DNA of 64,000 nt from an uncultured Prevotella sp. (lineage in GTDB: Bacteria; Bacteroidota; Bacteroidia; Bacteroidales; Bacteroidaceae). Under the pieces are notes generated by a model that saw only the letters and a list, made by a program, of their open reading frames with translations, ran no database searches and was not told where the DNA came from. Shown here piece by piece: positions 8,416-18,400 of this stretch (within the stretch, counting starts at the first letter, position 1; each line of letters opens with the position of its first letter). Location: NCBI GenBank assembly GCA_946409435.1, contig CAMJWJ010000001.1:9257-73256 (forward strand), given 5' to 3'. The translations under genes and the position numbers were made by a program.

Positions 8416-10995
8416 CTACATGACCACTTCCACCGTGTGGTGCCCCGGTGTGGCCTTGACGACACGTCCCTCAACGTCAGCTCCGTCAAGAACGATGCTG
8501 CGCACACCGCTCTGTCGGCCGTCTGGATTGCGTACGATGATGTCAAAGGTAGCATCTCGCAGGATACGATGTACGCGGTACTCCTTTAATGTGGCAGGTA
8601 TGCAGGGGTCAATCTCTAAGCCGTCGTAGGTAGGTCTGATGCCGAGGATGTATTGTGTGATGGTAATCCAGTTCCATGCTGCAGTACCCGTCAGCCACGA
8701 GTTCTTTCCCTCGCCGGGGCGTGCTGCATCCTTTCCGGCTACCATCTGGCAGTAGACGTAAGGCTCCACCTTATGCAGCTGCTGGTCCTTGATCCATGCC
8801 GGACAAATCTTGGTGTAGTGCTCCCAGGCATCGTTGCCCCTTCTTGCCACCGTCTCACCGATGATGACCCACGGGTTGTTGTGACAGAAGATGCCAGCAT
8901 TCTCCTTATATCCTGCAGGGTAGCTGCTGATTTCGCCCATCTCAACGTAGTAGCGTGTGAAGGCGGGGTTGTTGAGCACCATGCCATGCTCGCAGTCCAG
9001 ATAGCGCTTGCATGCATCCAGGGCTTTGGCTACCATGCCCTCCTCCTGTCCGATGGCTGCCATGGTGCAGAATCCCTGCGACTCGATGAATATCTTGCCC
9101 TCCTCGTTCTCGTGCGAGCCAATCTTGTTGCCGTAGTAGTCGTAGGCCCTGAGGTACCAGTCACCATCCCAGCCGTGCTGCTTGACGGCCTCCACCATGG
9201 CATCGATGCAGGCCTGTGCACGGTCGGCTTCGGCGGTGTAGGAGACGACGGCAATGCCGTCGTTTACCGGACGGGAAGGGCGGTGGGTGGCCAGTTGGCG
9301 ACACAGTTCGACGTACTGATGTCCCGTAAAGACGAAGAGGCCTGCAATCATCAGCGACTCTGCTTTCGAGCCAACGCTGTTGTTCTCGGTAGTCTGGAAC
9401 GACTCGTTGGGGTCCCATGAGAAGCAGTTCAGGTTCAGACAGTCGTTCCAGTCGGCACGCCCGATGAGTGGCAGGTTGTGTGGGCCAAGGTTCTCGACGA
9501 CGTGGTTGAACGAGATACGTAGGTGCTCGAACAGCGTCACCTCCGAACCTGGCTGGTTGTCGAAGGGCACCATCTCGTCGAGTATGCTGAAGTCTCCAGT
9601 CTCCTTGATATATGCCACGGTGCCGAAGATGAGCCAGCAGGGGTCGTCGTTGAATCCGCCTCCGATGTCGTTGTTTCCCCGTTTTGTCAAAGGCTGGTAC
9701 TGGTGGTAGCAGCCTCCGTCGGGGAATTGTGTCGATGCGATGTCGATGATGCGCTGCCGTGCACGGCTTGGTATCTGGTGGACAAATCCGACGAGGTCTT
9801 GGTTAGAGTCGCGGAATCCCATGCCGCGTCCTACGCCGCTCTCGAAGAATGATGCCGAGCGCGAGAAGCAGAAGGTAATCATGCACTGATACTGGTTCCA
9901 GATGTTCACCATGCGGTCGAGGCGCTCGTCGTCGCTCTTGACCGTGAACTTGCTGAGCAGTCCGTCCCACAGCTGGCGCAACTCGTCGAAGGCAGCATCC
10001 ACGGCTTCCACCGTGGCGAAGCGGCTGATAGTCTCGTGGGCCTTCTTCTTGTTGATAATGGTATGGTCCAGCGTGCCGAGCGAGGTGATGAGGCCTGAAC
10101 CGGCGGCAGAGTCGTCAGTCTCGAACTTCTCGTCCTGTTCGTTCTCAACGTAGCCTAACAGGAAGATGAAGTCACGCTGTTCGCCAGGCTGCAGTTCCAC
10201 TTCGACGTAGTGCGATGCAATGGGACTCCAGCCGTGGGCCAGCGAGTTGGCGGGCTTGCCGGCCATGACACACTGCGGGTTGGAGAAGTCGTTGTACAGT
10301 CCGATGAACGTCTCGCGGTCGGTGTCGTAGCCGTCGGCCTGAGCGTTGGTCAGTGCATAGTAGGCAAAGTGGTTGCGGCGCTCCTTGTATTCCGTCTTAT
10401 GGTAGATGGTGGTAGTCTTGGCTGTTGCACCGTCAATGGCGCGCTGCTCTATCTCCACCTCGCCTGTCGACCAGTTGCGCTGGAAGTTCTCCATGTCGGT
10501 GGCTGCATTCCAGAGACACCACTCAGCCAGTGAGAACAGCTTGAGGCGCTTCACTCCGGTAGTCGTGTTACGCAGCGTCAGTTTCTGTACCTCGGCCCAC
10601 GTGTGTAGCGGAACGAAGAAGAGTACGGATGCCTCAACACCGTTCTTGCTGGCAGTGATGCGTGTGTAGTTCATGCCGTGGCGGCACTCGTACGAGTCGA
10701 GCGGTGTCTTGCAGGGTTTCCATCCTGGCGACCAGACGGTGGCGCCATTCCCCGAGGCAGCTTCGTCGACGATATAGAAATAGCGGCCGCCGGCATCCAT
10801 CGGCACACCGTTGTAGCGGTAGCGTGTGATGCGGCGGAACTTAGCGTCTTTATAGAAGTCGTAGCCTCCGCCGGTGTTGGAAATCAGTCCGAAAAAGTCC
10901 TCATTGCCCAAGTAGTTAATCCATGGGAACGGTGTGGCGGGATTGGTGATGACGTACTCACGGTGCTGGTCGTCGAAATGTCCAAATGTCTTCAT
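8416..10995 (-). CDS. GH94 cellobiose/cellodextrin phosphorylase
   Basis: Motifs [50 protein letters not shown] and SWLTGTAAW. Confidence 0.95.
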   Translation of the reverse strand: MKTFGHFDDQHREYVITNPATPFPWINYLGNEDFFGLISNTGGGYDFYKDAKFRRITRYRYNGVPMDAGGRYFYIVDEAASGNGATVWSPGWKPCKTPLDSYECRHGMNYTRITASKNGVEASVLFFVPLHTWAEVQKLTLRNTTTGVKRLKLFSLAEWCLWNAATDMENFQRNWSTGEVEIEQRAIDGATAKTTTIYHKTEYKERRNHFAYYALTNAQADGYDTDRETFIGLYNDFSNPQCVMAGKPANSLAHGWSPIASHYVEVELQPGEQRDFIFLLGYVENEQDEKFETDDSAAGSGLITSLGTLDHTIINKKKAHETISRFATVEAVDAAFDELRQLWDGLLSKFTVKSDDERLDRMVNIWNQYQCMITFCFSRSASFFESGVGRGMGFRDSNQDLVGFVHQIPSRARQRIIDIASTQFPDGGCYHQYQPLTKRGNNDIGGGFNDDPCWLIFGTVAYIKETGDFSILDEMVPFDNQPGSEVTLFEHLRISFNHVVENLGPHNLPLIGRADWNDCLNLNCFSWDPNESFQTTENNSVGSKAESLMIAGLFVFTGHQYVELCRQLATHRPSRPVNDGIAVVSYTAEADRAQACIDAMVEAVKQHGWDGDWYLRAYDYYGNKIGSHENEEGKIFIESQGFCTMAAIGQEEGMVAKALDACKRYLDCEHGMVLNNPAFTRYYVEMGEISSYPAGYKENAGIFCHNNPWVIIGETVARRGNDAWEHYTKICPAWIKDQQLHKVEPYVYCQMVAGKDAARPGEGKNSWLTGTAAWNWITITQYILGIRPTYDGLEIDPCIPATLKEYRVHRILRDATFDIIVRNPDGRQSGVRSIVLDGADVEGRVVKATPGHHTVEVVM

Positions 10996-11027
10996 ATCTT
11001 TTGATTTTTATTTCTTAATATTTATTT

Positions 11028-12002
11028 TTATTGTCCTCCCAGCCGTTCAAAGTAACCGCTCACGTCGTCCCACGACTTGAACGTGTCGCTGCCGAACTCC
11101 AGGAGAGTGGCCATGGTGTCGCCTTCGTCGCGGCCGCTGACGAGGTAGTCGCCGTAGAGCAAGTCGCGGCGGTAGGTGTAGACCGTGTGGTGCCAGGCCG
11201 GTACGTCGATGTAGCGTTCGAGCCATGACTGCCAGCCGGGTTCGTCGGCAACGAAGTACACTTGGTAGTGCTCAATCAGCTGGCGCACGGTCTTCTGTAC
11301 CGACGATGCCGGCTTCTGGTAGCTGTCAGTCATGGTTTCCATGCCTATATAGATGACGGGCCGCTCGCGGTGCTCCTGACGGTCGTCAATCCAGCGTATG
11401 ACGGGTACGACACTGTGCATGAACGACTGGTCGTTCATGCGGTGCTCGCCGTGGAAGTGGAGCGCCTGCGGGTAGACGGCGTGGAACATGTCGAAGGTGT
11501 TGACCGTCGTGTCCTCGTCGCCGAACAGGCCAAACACTCGCTGCCGCTCGTCGTCGTCAACATGGGCAAAGCGCTGCTCTGAGGCATCGCGGTACTCCTT
11601 GACCAGCGCCTTGTCGACATAGAACTCCTGGATGCCGTCCTGTCGGGGGTTCTGAAACTGTTGCGTGCCTGTCATGCCGTGGGCCTTCATCGTCTCGCCC
11701 ATCTCCATGGCCGGATTGACGCAAATGCGGTCGTAGCCGCAGAGCTGTTCGGTGTACATGCCGCCCATCGATGTGCCGATGATGAGGTCGGGGTGCTCTG
11801 CCTCGCACGTCTGGCGCAGCAGTTCGAGAGCCTCCTGCGGGTGGATGGGCAGGTCGGGGGCAACGACGCGTGCGGCAGGCATGACGGTGCGCAGCCGCGT
11901 GACGGTTCCTGACTGCCCACTGCTGGCAAAGCCGTGGACGTAGAGCACCGTCTTTCCCTTCATCAGTTCAGGAAACTGTTTGACGTATGGATTGTCTGCC
12001 AT
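11028..12002 (-). CDS. YqiA/YcfP-like alpha/beta esterase fused to a degenerate 5'(3')-deoxyribonucleotidase-like C-terminal domain
   Basis: Esterase motifs LYVHGFASS, GTSMGG and GEH. C-terminal RPVIYIGM...RRDLLYGDYLV...EFGSDTFKSWDDV. Confidence 0.75.
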   Translation of the reverse strand: MADNPYVKQFPELMKGKTVLYVHGFASSGQSGTVTRLRTVMPAARVVAPDLPIHPQEALELLRQTCEAEHPDLIIGTSMGGMYTEQLCGYDRICVNPAMEMGETMKAHGMTGTQQFQNPRQDGIQEFYVDKALVKEYRDASEQRFAHVDDDERQRVFGLFGDEDTTVNTFDMFHAVYPQALHFHGEHRMNDQSFMHSVVPVIRWIDDRQEHRERPVIYIGMETMTDSYQKPASSVQKTVRQLIEHYQVYFVADEPGWQSWLERYIDVPAWHHTVYTYRRDLLYGDYLVSGRDEGDTMATLLEFGSDTFKSWDDVSGYFERLGGQ

Positions 12003-12233
12003 TCTTTTGATTCTTGATTAGCGTTTGCAAACTTACACATTATTTTTCAATTACGCAACAGTCGGCGCTTTTAAAAATCATTAAAAGTTGTCTGCCATCA
12101 TTGTGAGCGGCCTACTCGGCATGGTCGGTGCTCGGTTTACGTCACCCCCTGTGCGCTTATTATAGTAGGGAAAAAGAAAAGGCAATGGTATAGCAGTTGA
12201 CTTGTTGGTGCATCCTCCCTCTCTTTTTTATAT

Positions 12234-12720
12234 TGATTCATAAAACGGAAAAACCCTTCACCAGCGCTGTAATGTGTTGCACGACAATGACTTGCGGTGA
12301 AGGGTTGCCAGTGATGCAATGTGAAGGGGTTCGGCGATGCAATGTGTAGGGCTGACAGATAACGCCCTTCACGAATTCTTCCAAGCATTTTCGACGCTGT
12401 GAGTGGCCTTCTCACGATCGTGAGTGGCCTACTCAGTTCCGTGAGTGGCCTAGTTATGACCGTGAGTGGCCTGCTAATTGGAATTACTTTTAGAGTAAAT
12501 GCAAAGACCTGCGATGTCACACTCACCTCTCACATCATCCATCTCACATCATCCATCATCCATCTCACATCATCCATCATCCATCACACATCCAACCCTT
12601 CACCGTATCTCGTTGTGTTATTGTTCGTTAGCCGCCTGGTGAAGGGTTTTGTTGCACGACGATCTCTCCTTTTATTATAATAAAAAGAAGTTGTGGGAGA
12701 CTTCAATGTGATTGACTTAA
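12234..12720. mobile_element. Composite intergenic repeat element, copy 1 (MITE-like or ncRNA)
   Basis: Highly similar to 37071-37560. 15-bp inverted repeats AAAACCCTTCACCAG (12250-12264) / CTGGTGAAGGGTTTT (12636-12650), four 21-bp repeats and a heptamer tract. Confidence 0.7.
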
Positions 12721-12892
12721 TACCCCACCTGCGTTTGACGGCCGTCAAACGGAAATGTGAGGGCCACTCATGGGAATAAATAGGTCATCCGGACCACCTG
12801 GACGCGTGGCGAATTGTTAAAATCGGTGCGAAAGGTTTGCCAAATGAAAAAAAATGTTTATCTTTGCAGTCACAACTAAGCCGACGATTATC

Positions 12893-14437
12893 ATGAAGAA
12901 ACTTATCACACTATTGCTGTTTGTCGCCTGCGTAGTGACGGCCAGTTCACAGCCGCTGCGCAACCCCGTCATTCCGGGCTACCATCCCGATCCCAGCGTC
13001 TGCCGCGTGGGCGACGATTTCTATCTGGTCAACTCGTCGTTCCAGTATTTCCCTGGCGTACCCATCTATCACTCGACCGACCTGGTCAACTGGACTCTCA
13101 TCGGCAACGTGCTCGACCGCGATGAGCAGCTGCCGCTGAAGGATGCCACGTCGTGGACAGGCATCTACGCCCCCACTATCCGCTACAACGACGGCACGTA
13201 CTACATGATTACCACCAACGTGGGCAACGGCGGCAACTTCATGGTGACCGCCACCGACCCCCGTGGGCCTTGGAGTGCCCCCATCTGGCTGCAGCAGCAG
13301 GGCATCGACCCCTCGCTGTGGTTTGAAGACGGCAAGTGCTACATGGTGTCGAATCCTGACAACACCATCATGCTCTGCGAGATAGACCCTGCCACCGGTC
13401 GCCAACTGACCGAAAGCAAAGCCCTATGGCAGGGCACGGGAGGTCGCTATCCCGAAGGTCCTCATCTGTACAAGAAAGACGGTTACTACTACCTGCTCAT
13501 CAGCGAGGGAGGCACCGAACTGGCCCACCGGCTGACCATAGCGCGTTGCCGCCGTATCGACGGTCCCTACGAGGCTAACCCTGACAATCCCCTGCTAACC
13601 AACTGTAGTGTTGCTGGACAGTCGATGCAGATACAAGGTACCGGCCATGCCGACTTCGTCGAGGCTGCAGACGGCTCTTGGTGGACCGTCTTTCTGGCCT
13701 ACCGCAACATGGGTGGCTCCTACCACCACATGGGTCGTGAGACGTGTCTCGCACCGGTTGAGTGGCCGACAAGCCAGTGGCCCGTTGTGAACGGCGGCAA
13801 CCCCATTGACACCGTGATGCAGGTTCGTACGTTGGCTCCCCAGCAGCCCCAGTACCGCTATCTGCATACTACGTTCGACGGTCAGCCTCTCGGTCCCGAG
13901 TGGGTACACCTGCAGAACCCCATTGCCGCCAACTACCGCCAGCACGACGGCCGGCTTGTGCTGACAGCCCACGGCACGCTGACCGAGAACCGTCAGCCGA
14001 CGTTTGTTGGGCGCCGCCAGGAGAGCGACGTCATGACCATAGAGACCGAGATAGACACCGACCTGCTTGACTTCGGCACGGAGGCCGGCCTTTCCGTCTA
14101 CCAGATTCATACCGGTCATCTTGACCTCGGGCTCGTCAAGTACCAGACAGGCAGTGTTGCCGTGGTACAGCGGTCGCAGGTCATGTCGCTGCAACACGAG
14201 GTCATGGGCGACGACTCTGGCCATCTGCAGGGCAAGGTCCGTCTGCGCATACAGAGCGATGGCAGCCGCTATATGTTCAGCTACAGCACCGACGGCTTCC
14301 GCTGGAAGCAGGTAGCCGAGCAGGACTGCCAGCTGGTAAGCACCGAGGTAGTAGGCGGCTTCACTGGTGTCGTGCTGGGCATGTATGCCGAGGGTGAAGG
14401 CTCGGCAGCCTTCAACTACTGCACGTACTATGAGTGA
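12893..14437 (+). CDS. GH43 beta-xylosidase/alpha-L-arabinofuranosidase with C-terminal beta-sandwich
   Basis: Motifs NPVIPGYHPDPSVCRVGDDFY, IYAPTIRY, GIDPSL, PEGPHLYK and GGFTGV. Signal peptide from ATG 12893. Confidence 0.93.
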   Translation: MKKLITLLLFVACVVTASSQPLRNPVIPGYHPDPSVCRVGDDFYLVNSSFQYFPGVPIYHSTDLVNWTLIGNVLDRDEQLPLKDATSWTGIYAPTIRYNDGTYYMITTNVGNGGNFMVTATDPRGPWSAPIWLQQQGIDPSLWFEDGKCYMVSNPDNTIMLCEIDPATGRQLTESKALWQGTGGRYPEGPHLYKKDGYYYLLISEGGTELAHRLTIARCRRIDGPYEANPDNPLLTNCSVAGQSMQIQGTGHADFVEAADGSWWTVFLAYRNMGGSYHHMGRETCLAPVEWPTSQWPVVNGGNPIDTVMQVRTLAPQQPQYRYLHTTFDGQPLGPEWVHLQNPIAANYRQHDGRLVLTAHGTLTENRQPTFVGRRQESDVMTIETEIDTDLLDFGTEAGLSVYQIHTGHLDLGLVKYQTGSVAVVQRSQVMSLQHEVMGDDSGHLQGKVRLRIQSDGSRYMFSYSTDGFRWKQVAEQDCQLVSTEVVGGFTGVVLGMYAEGEGSAAFNYCTYYE

Positions 14438-14525
14438 CAAATATTCTGGCAAGATACCATAATAATTAATCCGTTTATCCGTTATTTTTACATAAACATT
14501 ATTTCATCTATTAAACAAAAACGTT

Positions 14526-15203
14526 ATGAAAAAGTATTTAGCAGAAATGGTGGGCACCATGGTGCTCGTGCTGATGGGCTGCGGCGTAGCCGTGAGCCTG
14601 GGTTGTGACCCTGTTAACAACATCCCCGCAGTGGTAGGAACGGCAATGGCCTTCGGCCTCGCTGTCGTCGCTATGGCTTACACCATCGGCGGCATCTCAG
14701 GCTGCCACATCAATCCGGCCATCACCCTGGGCTGCATCCTCGCTGGTCGTATGGATGCCAAGGAGGGCTGTATGTACATCGTGTTCCAGTGCATTGGTGC
14801 CTTCATTGGTTCCGCTCTGCTGGCTCTGCTTGTTGCCAATGTCCCCGGCATGGAGGGAACTGGTGCCAACGACCTGCAGGCTAACGTATCGGTGATGGGC
14901 GGTCTGCTCGCCGAGATTATCTTCACCTGTGTCTTCGTGCTCGTTGTCCTCGGTGCTACAGCCAAAACCAATGGCGCTACCAACAACTTCGCCGGCTTGG
15001 CTATCGGTCTGAGTCTCGTGCTCGTTCATCTCGTCTGCATCCGCTACACGGGTACGTCGGTGAACCCCGCCCGCTCGCTGGCTCCCGCCATCTTCCAGGG
15101 TGGCACGGCACTGGCTAACCTCTGGATCTTCATCGTTGGTCCGTTCGTAGGTGGTGCACTGGCTGCTTGCATCTGGAAGCTCATCGAACCCGCAGAGAAG
15201 TAA
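14526..15203 (+). CDS. aqpZ: Aquaporin Z (MIP family)
   Basis: Two NPA motifs (SGCHINPAITL, SVNPARS) and six hydrophobic helices. Confidence 0.93.
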   Translation: MKKYLAEMVGTMVLVLMGCGVAVSLGCDPVNNIPAVVGTAMAFGLAVVAMAYTIGGISGCHINPAITLGCILAGRMDAKEGCMYIVFQCIGAFIGSALLALLVANVPGMEGTGANDLQANVSVMGGLLAEIIFTCVFVLVVLGATAKTNGATNNFAGLAIGLSLVLVHLVCIRYTGTSVNPARSLAPAIFQGGTALANLWIFIVGPFVGGALAACIWKLIEPAEK

Positions 15204-15229
15204 TTAGCAAACCTACATTTTTTAACCGT

Positions 15230-15262
15230 TTATCCCGACAAACGACCCGTTTGTCGGGATAA
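15230..15262 (+). terminator. Intrinsic terminator after aqpZ
   Basis: TTATCCCGACAAACG-ACC-CGTTTGTCGGGATAA followed by TTGTTTT. Confidence 0.85.
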
Positions 15263-15287
15263 TTGTTTTATGAACACCTCTATATTA

Positions 15288-15420
15288 CGTCCACTCTTTT
15301 TTGTGTTACTCTCTGGAGTTATCTTTTTGATTTTCCGACTGTTAACTTTTTAGTGTAACATAAATCGTCCACTTTTTCTTTTGTAACATTTTTTTTAGTT
15401 GCCTTTTTTTATACCTTTGC
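15288..15420 (+). promoter_or_regulatory. susC promoter with widely spaced direct repeats (candidate SusR-like regulator site)
   Basis: CGTCCACT+T-run at 15288 and 15366 (78 bp apart), upstream of the TACCTTTG -7 element at about 15412-15419. Confidence 0.55.
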
Positions 15421-15491
15421 ACCGCAAGTCGTGAAACAAACGGCTTTGGCAATGTGTTATCTCATAATACTAACTTAATAATAATAAACGT

Positions 15492-18400
15492 ATGAAAAAA
15501 AGCAAGTTCTTTTTCCTGTTGCTGGCATTCGTCATGATGTCGGCCACAACTCTTGCGCAGCAGCGTACGTTCACGGGCGTGGTGGTTGACGACCAGCAAG
15601 AACCCGTCATCGGCGCTTCTGTAGTTCAGAAAGGTACCACTAATGGTACCGTAACCGACTATGATGGTAACTTCACGCTCAAGGCAAGCGAGGGAGCTAC
15701 CCTGGTCGTCTCCTATCTGGGCATGACAACCCAGGAAGTGAAGGCCGCCGACGGCCTGCGTGTAGTGCTGCAAGCAGATAACAAACTGCTTGACGAAGTA
15801 GTGGTCATTGGCTACGGCGTTCAGAAACGCAGTGTGGTGACAGCCTCTATCGCAAAGGTCAGTGCCGACGACCTGGAGGGCAAGACACGTCTGCGTGCTG
15901 ACGATGCCCTGAAGGGTATGGCTGCCGGTGTTAACGTCACGTCAGCATCGGGACAGCCGGGTGCCAAGTCGATGATACGCGTGCGCGGTGTGGGTACGAT
16001 TAATAATACCGACCCCCTGTACATCATCGATGGCATGCCTACCGACCAAGACGGTATGGAATCGGTCAATCCCAACGATATTGAGTCTATCGAAGTGCTG
16101 AAGGATGCTGCCTCCGGAGCTGTCTACGGTGCACGTGCAGCCAACGGTGTCATCCTGATTACCACGAAGAAAGGCAAGATGGGCAAGGCCAGCATCAACT
16201 ACAACTTCTCGTACGGCTGGCAGAGTGCTTGGAAGAAGCGCGACGTAACTGGTGCTACCGACTACGCTATCCTGCAGAACGAGATGTTCGTCAACGGTAA
16301 GCAGGCTCCCCTCTATGCTGACCCGTACAACCTTGTCGATGCCAACGGCAATGCCGTCAAGGGTTTCGGGACCGACTGGCAGGAACTGCTGTTCAACGAC
16401 AATGCTCCCATCGTGCAGCACGACCTCAGCGTCAGCGGTGCCTCGGAGAAGGTGAACTACTATCTCTCGCTGGGTTACTTTACCCAGGAAGGTATCATCG
16501 GCGGTAATTACGGCCAGTCTAACTACAACCGTCTGACACTCCGCTCGAACAACCAGTTCAATATCCTTGATGCCACTAAGGAGCGCAGTTTCCTGAACAA
16601 GTTGGACATCACGGCTAACCTTTCCTACATGCGCGTTCACAATACGGGCGTCGACGCCAACTCCACATGGGGCTCACCGCTGGGTTCTGCCCTCTATCTG
16701 GCTCCCACGCTGCCCGTCACGCTGACTGGCGACGTGGCCAAGCAGCAGTTCAGCGCTTACCCACAGTACGAGTTGTACACCGACGGCAGAGGTAACCCCT
16801 ATACCATCCCCGGTTTCCTCGGTTCCTATAACGAGCAGAACAACCCCATCGCCATGATGCAGGGTAACCCCACCCGCAATTGGTCGCACAAGTTCATGCC
16901 TAAGTTCAGCATCGACCTCCAGCTGTGGGACGAGTTGAAGTACCACTTCACATGGAGTGCCGAGCTGAGTTTCTGGGGCAACAACGCCGCCGGACTGAAG
17001 AAGTACTATCTTTCGGGTAACAACAATTCCGACCATACGTGGGCTTCAGCCTACAAAGGCAATAACTCGACATGGCAGATAGAGAACACGCTGACCTACG
17101 ACAAGACCTTCGGCAAGCACACCATCGGTGTGGTGCTCGGCCAGTCGGCCCTGAAGTTCAAGGGCGACGACCTCTCCGCCTCGCACTGGAACCTGGTCAA
17201 TCTGTCGAAACCTTATCTCAACTACACCACGGGTGGTGACATCGAGACAACTCAGGATGCCGACGGTAACATCACGGGTGTCAAGAGCCTCATAGGTGTC
17301 GGCGGCGGTCCGTATGTGGAGCACCATCTGGCATCGCTCTTCGCACGTGTCAGTTACAACTACGACGAGCGTTACATGTTCCAGGCTACCATTCGCCGTG
17401 ACGGTTCTACACGCTTTGGCTCGAACAAGAAGTACGGTACGTTCCCCTCGTTCTCATTAGGCTGGAACGTGATGAACGAGAAGTTTATGGAGAAGACACG
17501 CAACTGGCTGGCTAACTTCAAGGTGCGCTTCAGCTGGGGACAGAACGGTAACGAGAATCTGCCAGACTTCCGCTATACGGTGCTCACCGAGACGGGTGGT
17601 ACCAGCAACTACTACTTCGGAAGACAGGCTACCATGGCCTACGGATCGAAGTCGGCAGGACTGGGCAACGCCGACCTGAAGTGGGAAGCCAGCGAACAGA
17701 CCGACTTCGGTATCGATCTGGGCTTCTTCAACAATGCGCTGACCTTCTCGGTTGACTACTTCGTCAAGACGACCAAGGACATGCTCATCCAGCTGCCTAT
17801 TCCTTCCTATGTGGGCGAGGCAAAACCATGGGGTAATGCCGGCGACATGCAGAACTCGGGTATTGAGTTCGAGCTGGGTTACAAGTGGAACATTGCCGAC
17901 GCTCGCTTCGCAGTGAAGGGCAATGCTTCCTACCTGAAAAACAAACTGAAAAATATAGGCAACGAGACAGGATTCCTCGACTGGGGCATCTCGCAGTTCA
18001 GCGACGGTAGCACACGTGCCGAGAACGGCCAGCCCTTCCCATTCTTCTATGGTTACAAGACCGCAGGAGTGTTCCAGAATATGGCCGAGGTGAATGCCTA
18101 TACCAATAAGGATGGTGGACTCATCCAGCCCGCTGCCGCTCCTGGCGACCTGCGCTTCGTCGATGTCAACGGTGACGGACAGATTACCTCTGCCGACCGT
18201 ACCAAGATAGGCAAGCCGACTCCAGACTGGACCTTTGGTCTGAACTTCAGTGCCGAGTGGAAGGGCTTCGACTTCAATGCCTTCTTCCAGGGTGTCAGCG
18301 GTGCCGACGTATTCGATGCCACCTACCGTCAGGACATTGCGTCGGCCAACTATCCCACTTGGGTGCTCGGCCGCTGGACTGGCGAGGGTACCTCGAACCG

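Noticed and set aside
12399-12482. Four 21-bp repeats as a mini-CRISPR
   Set aside because: The constant part is 10-11 bp and the variable part about 10 bp, largely the same in both copies; no cas genes.
12137-12526. 129-aa minus-strand ORF (RPLT repeats)
   Set aside because: Lies in the repeat element, and the equivalent frame is interrupted by a stop in copy 2.
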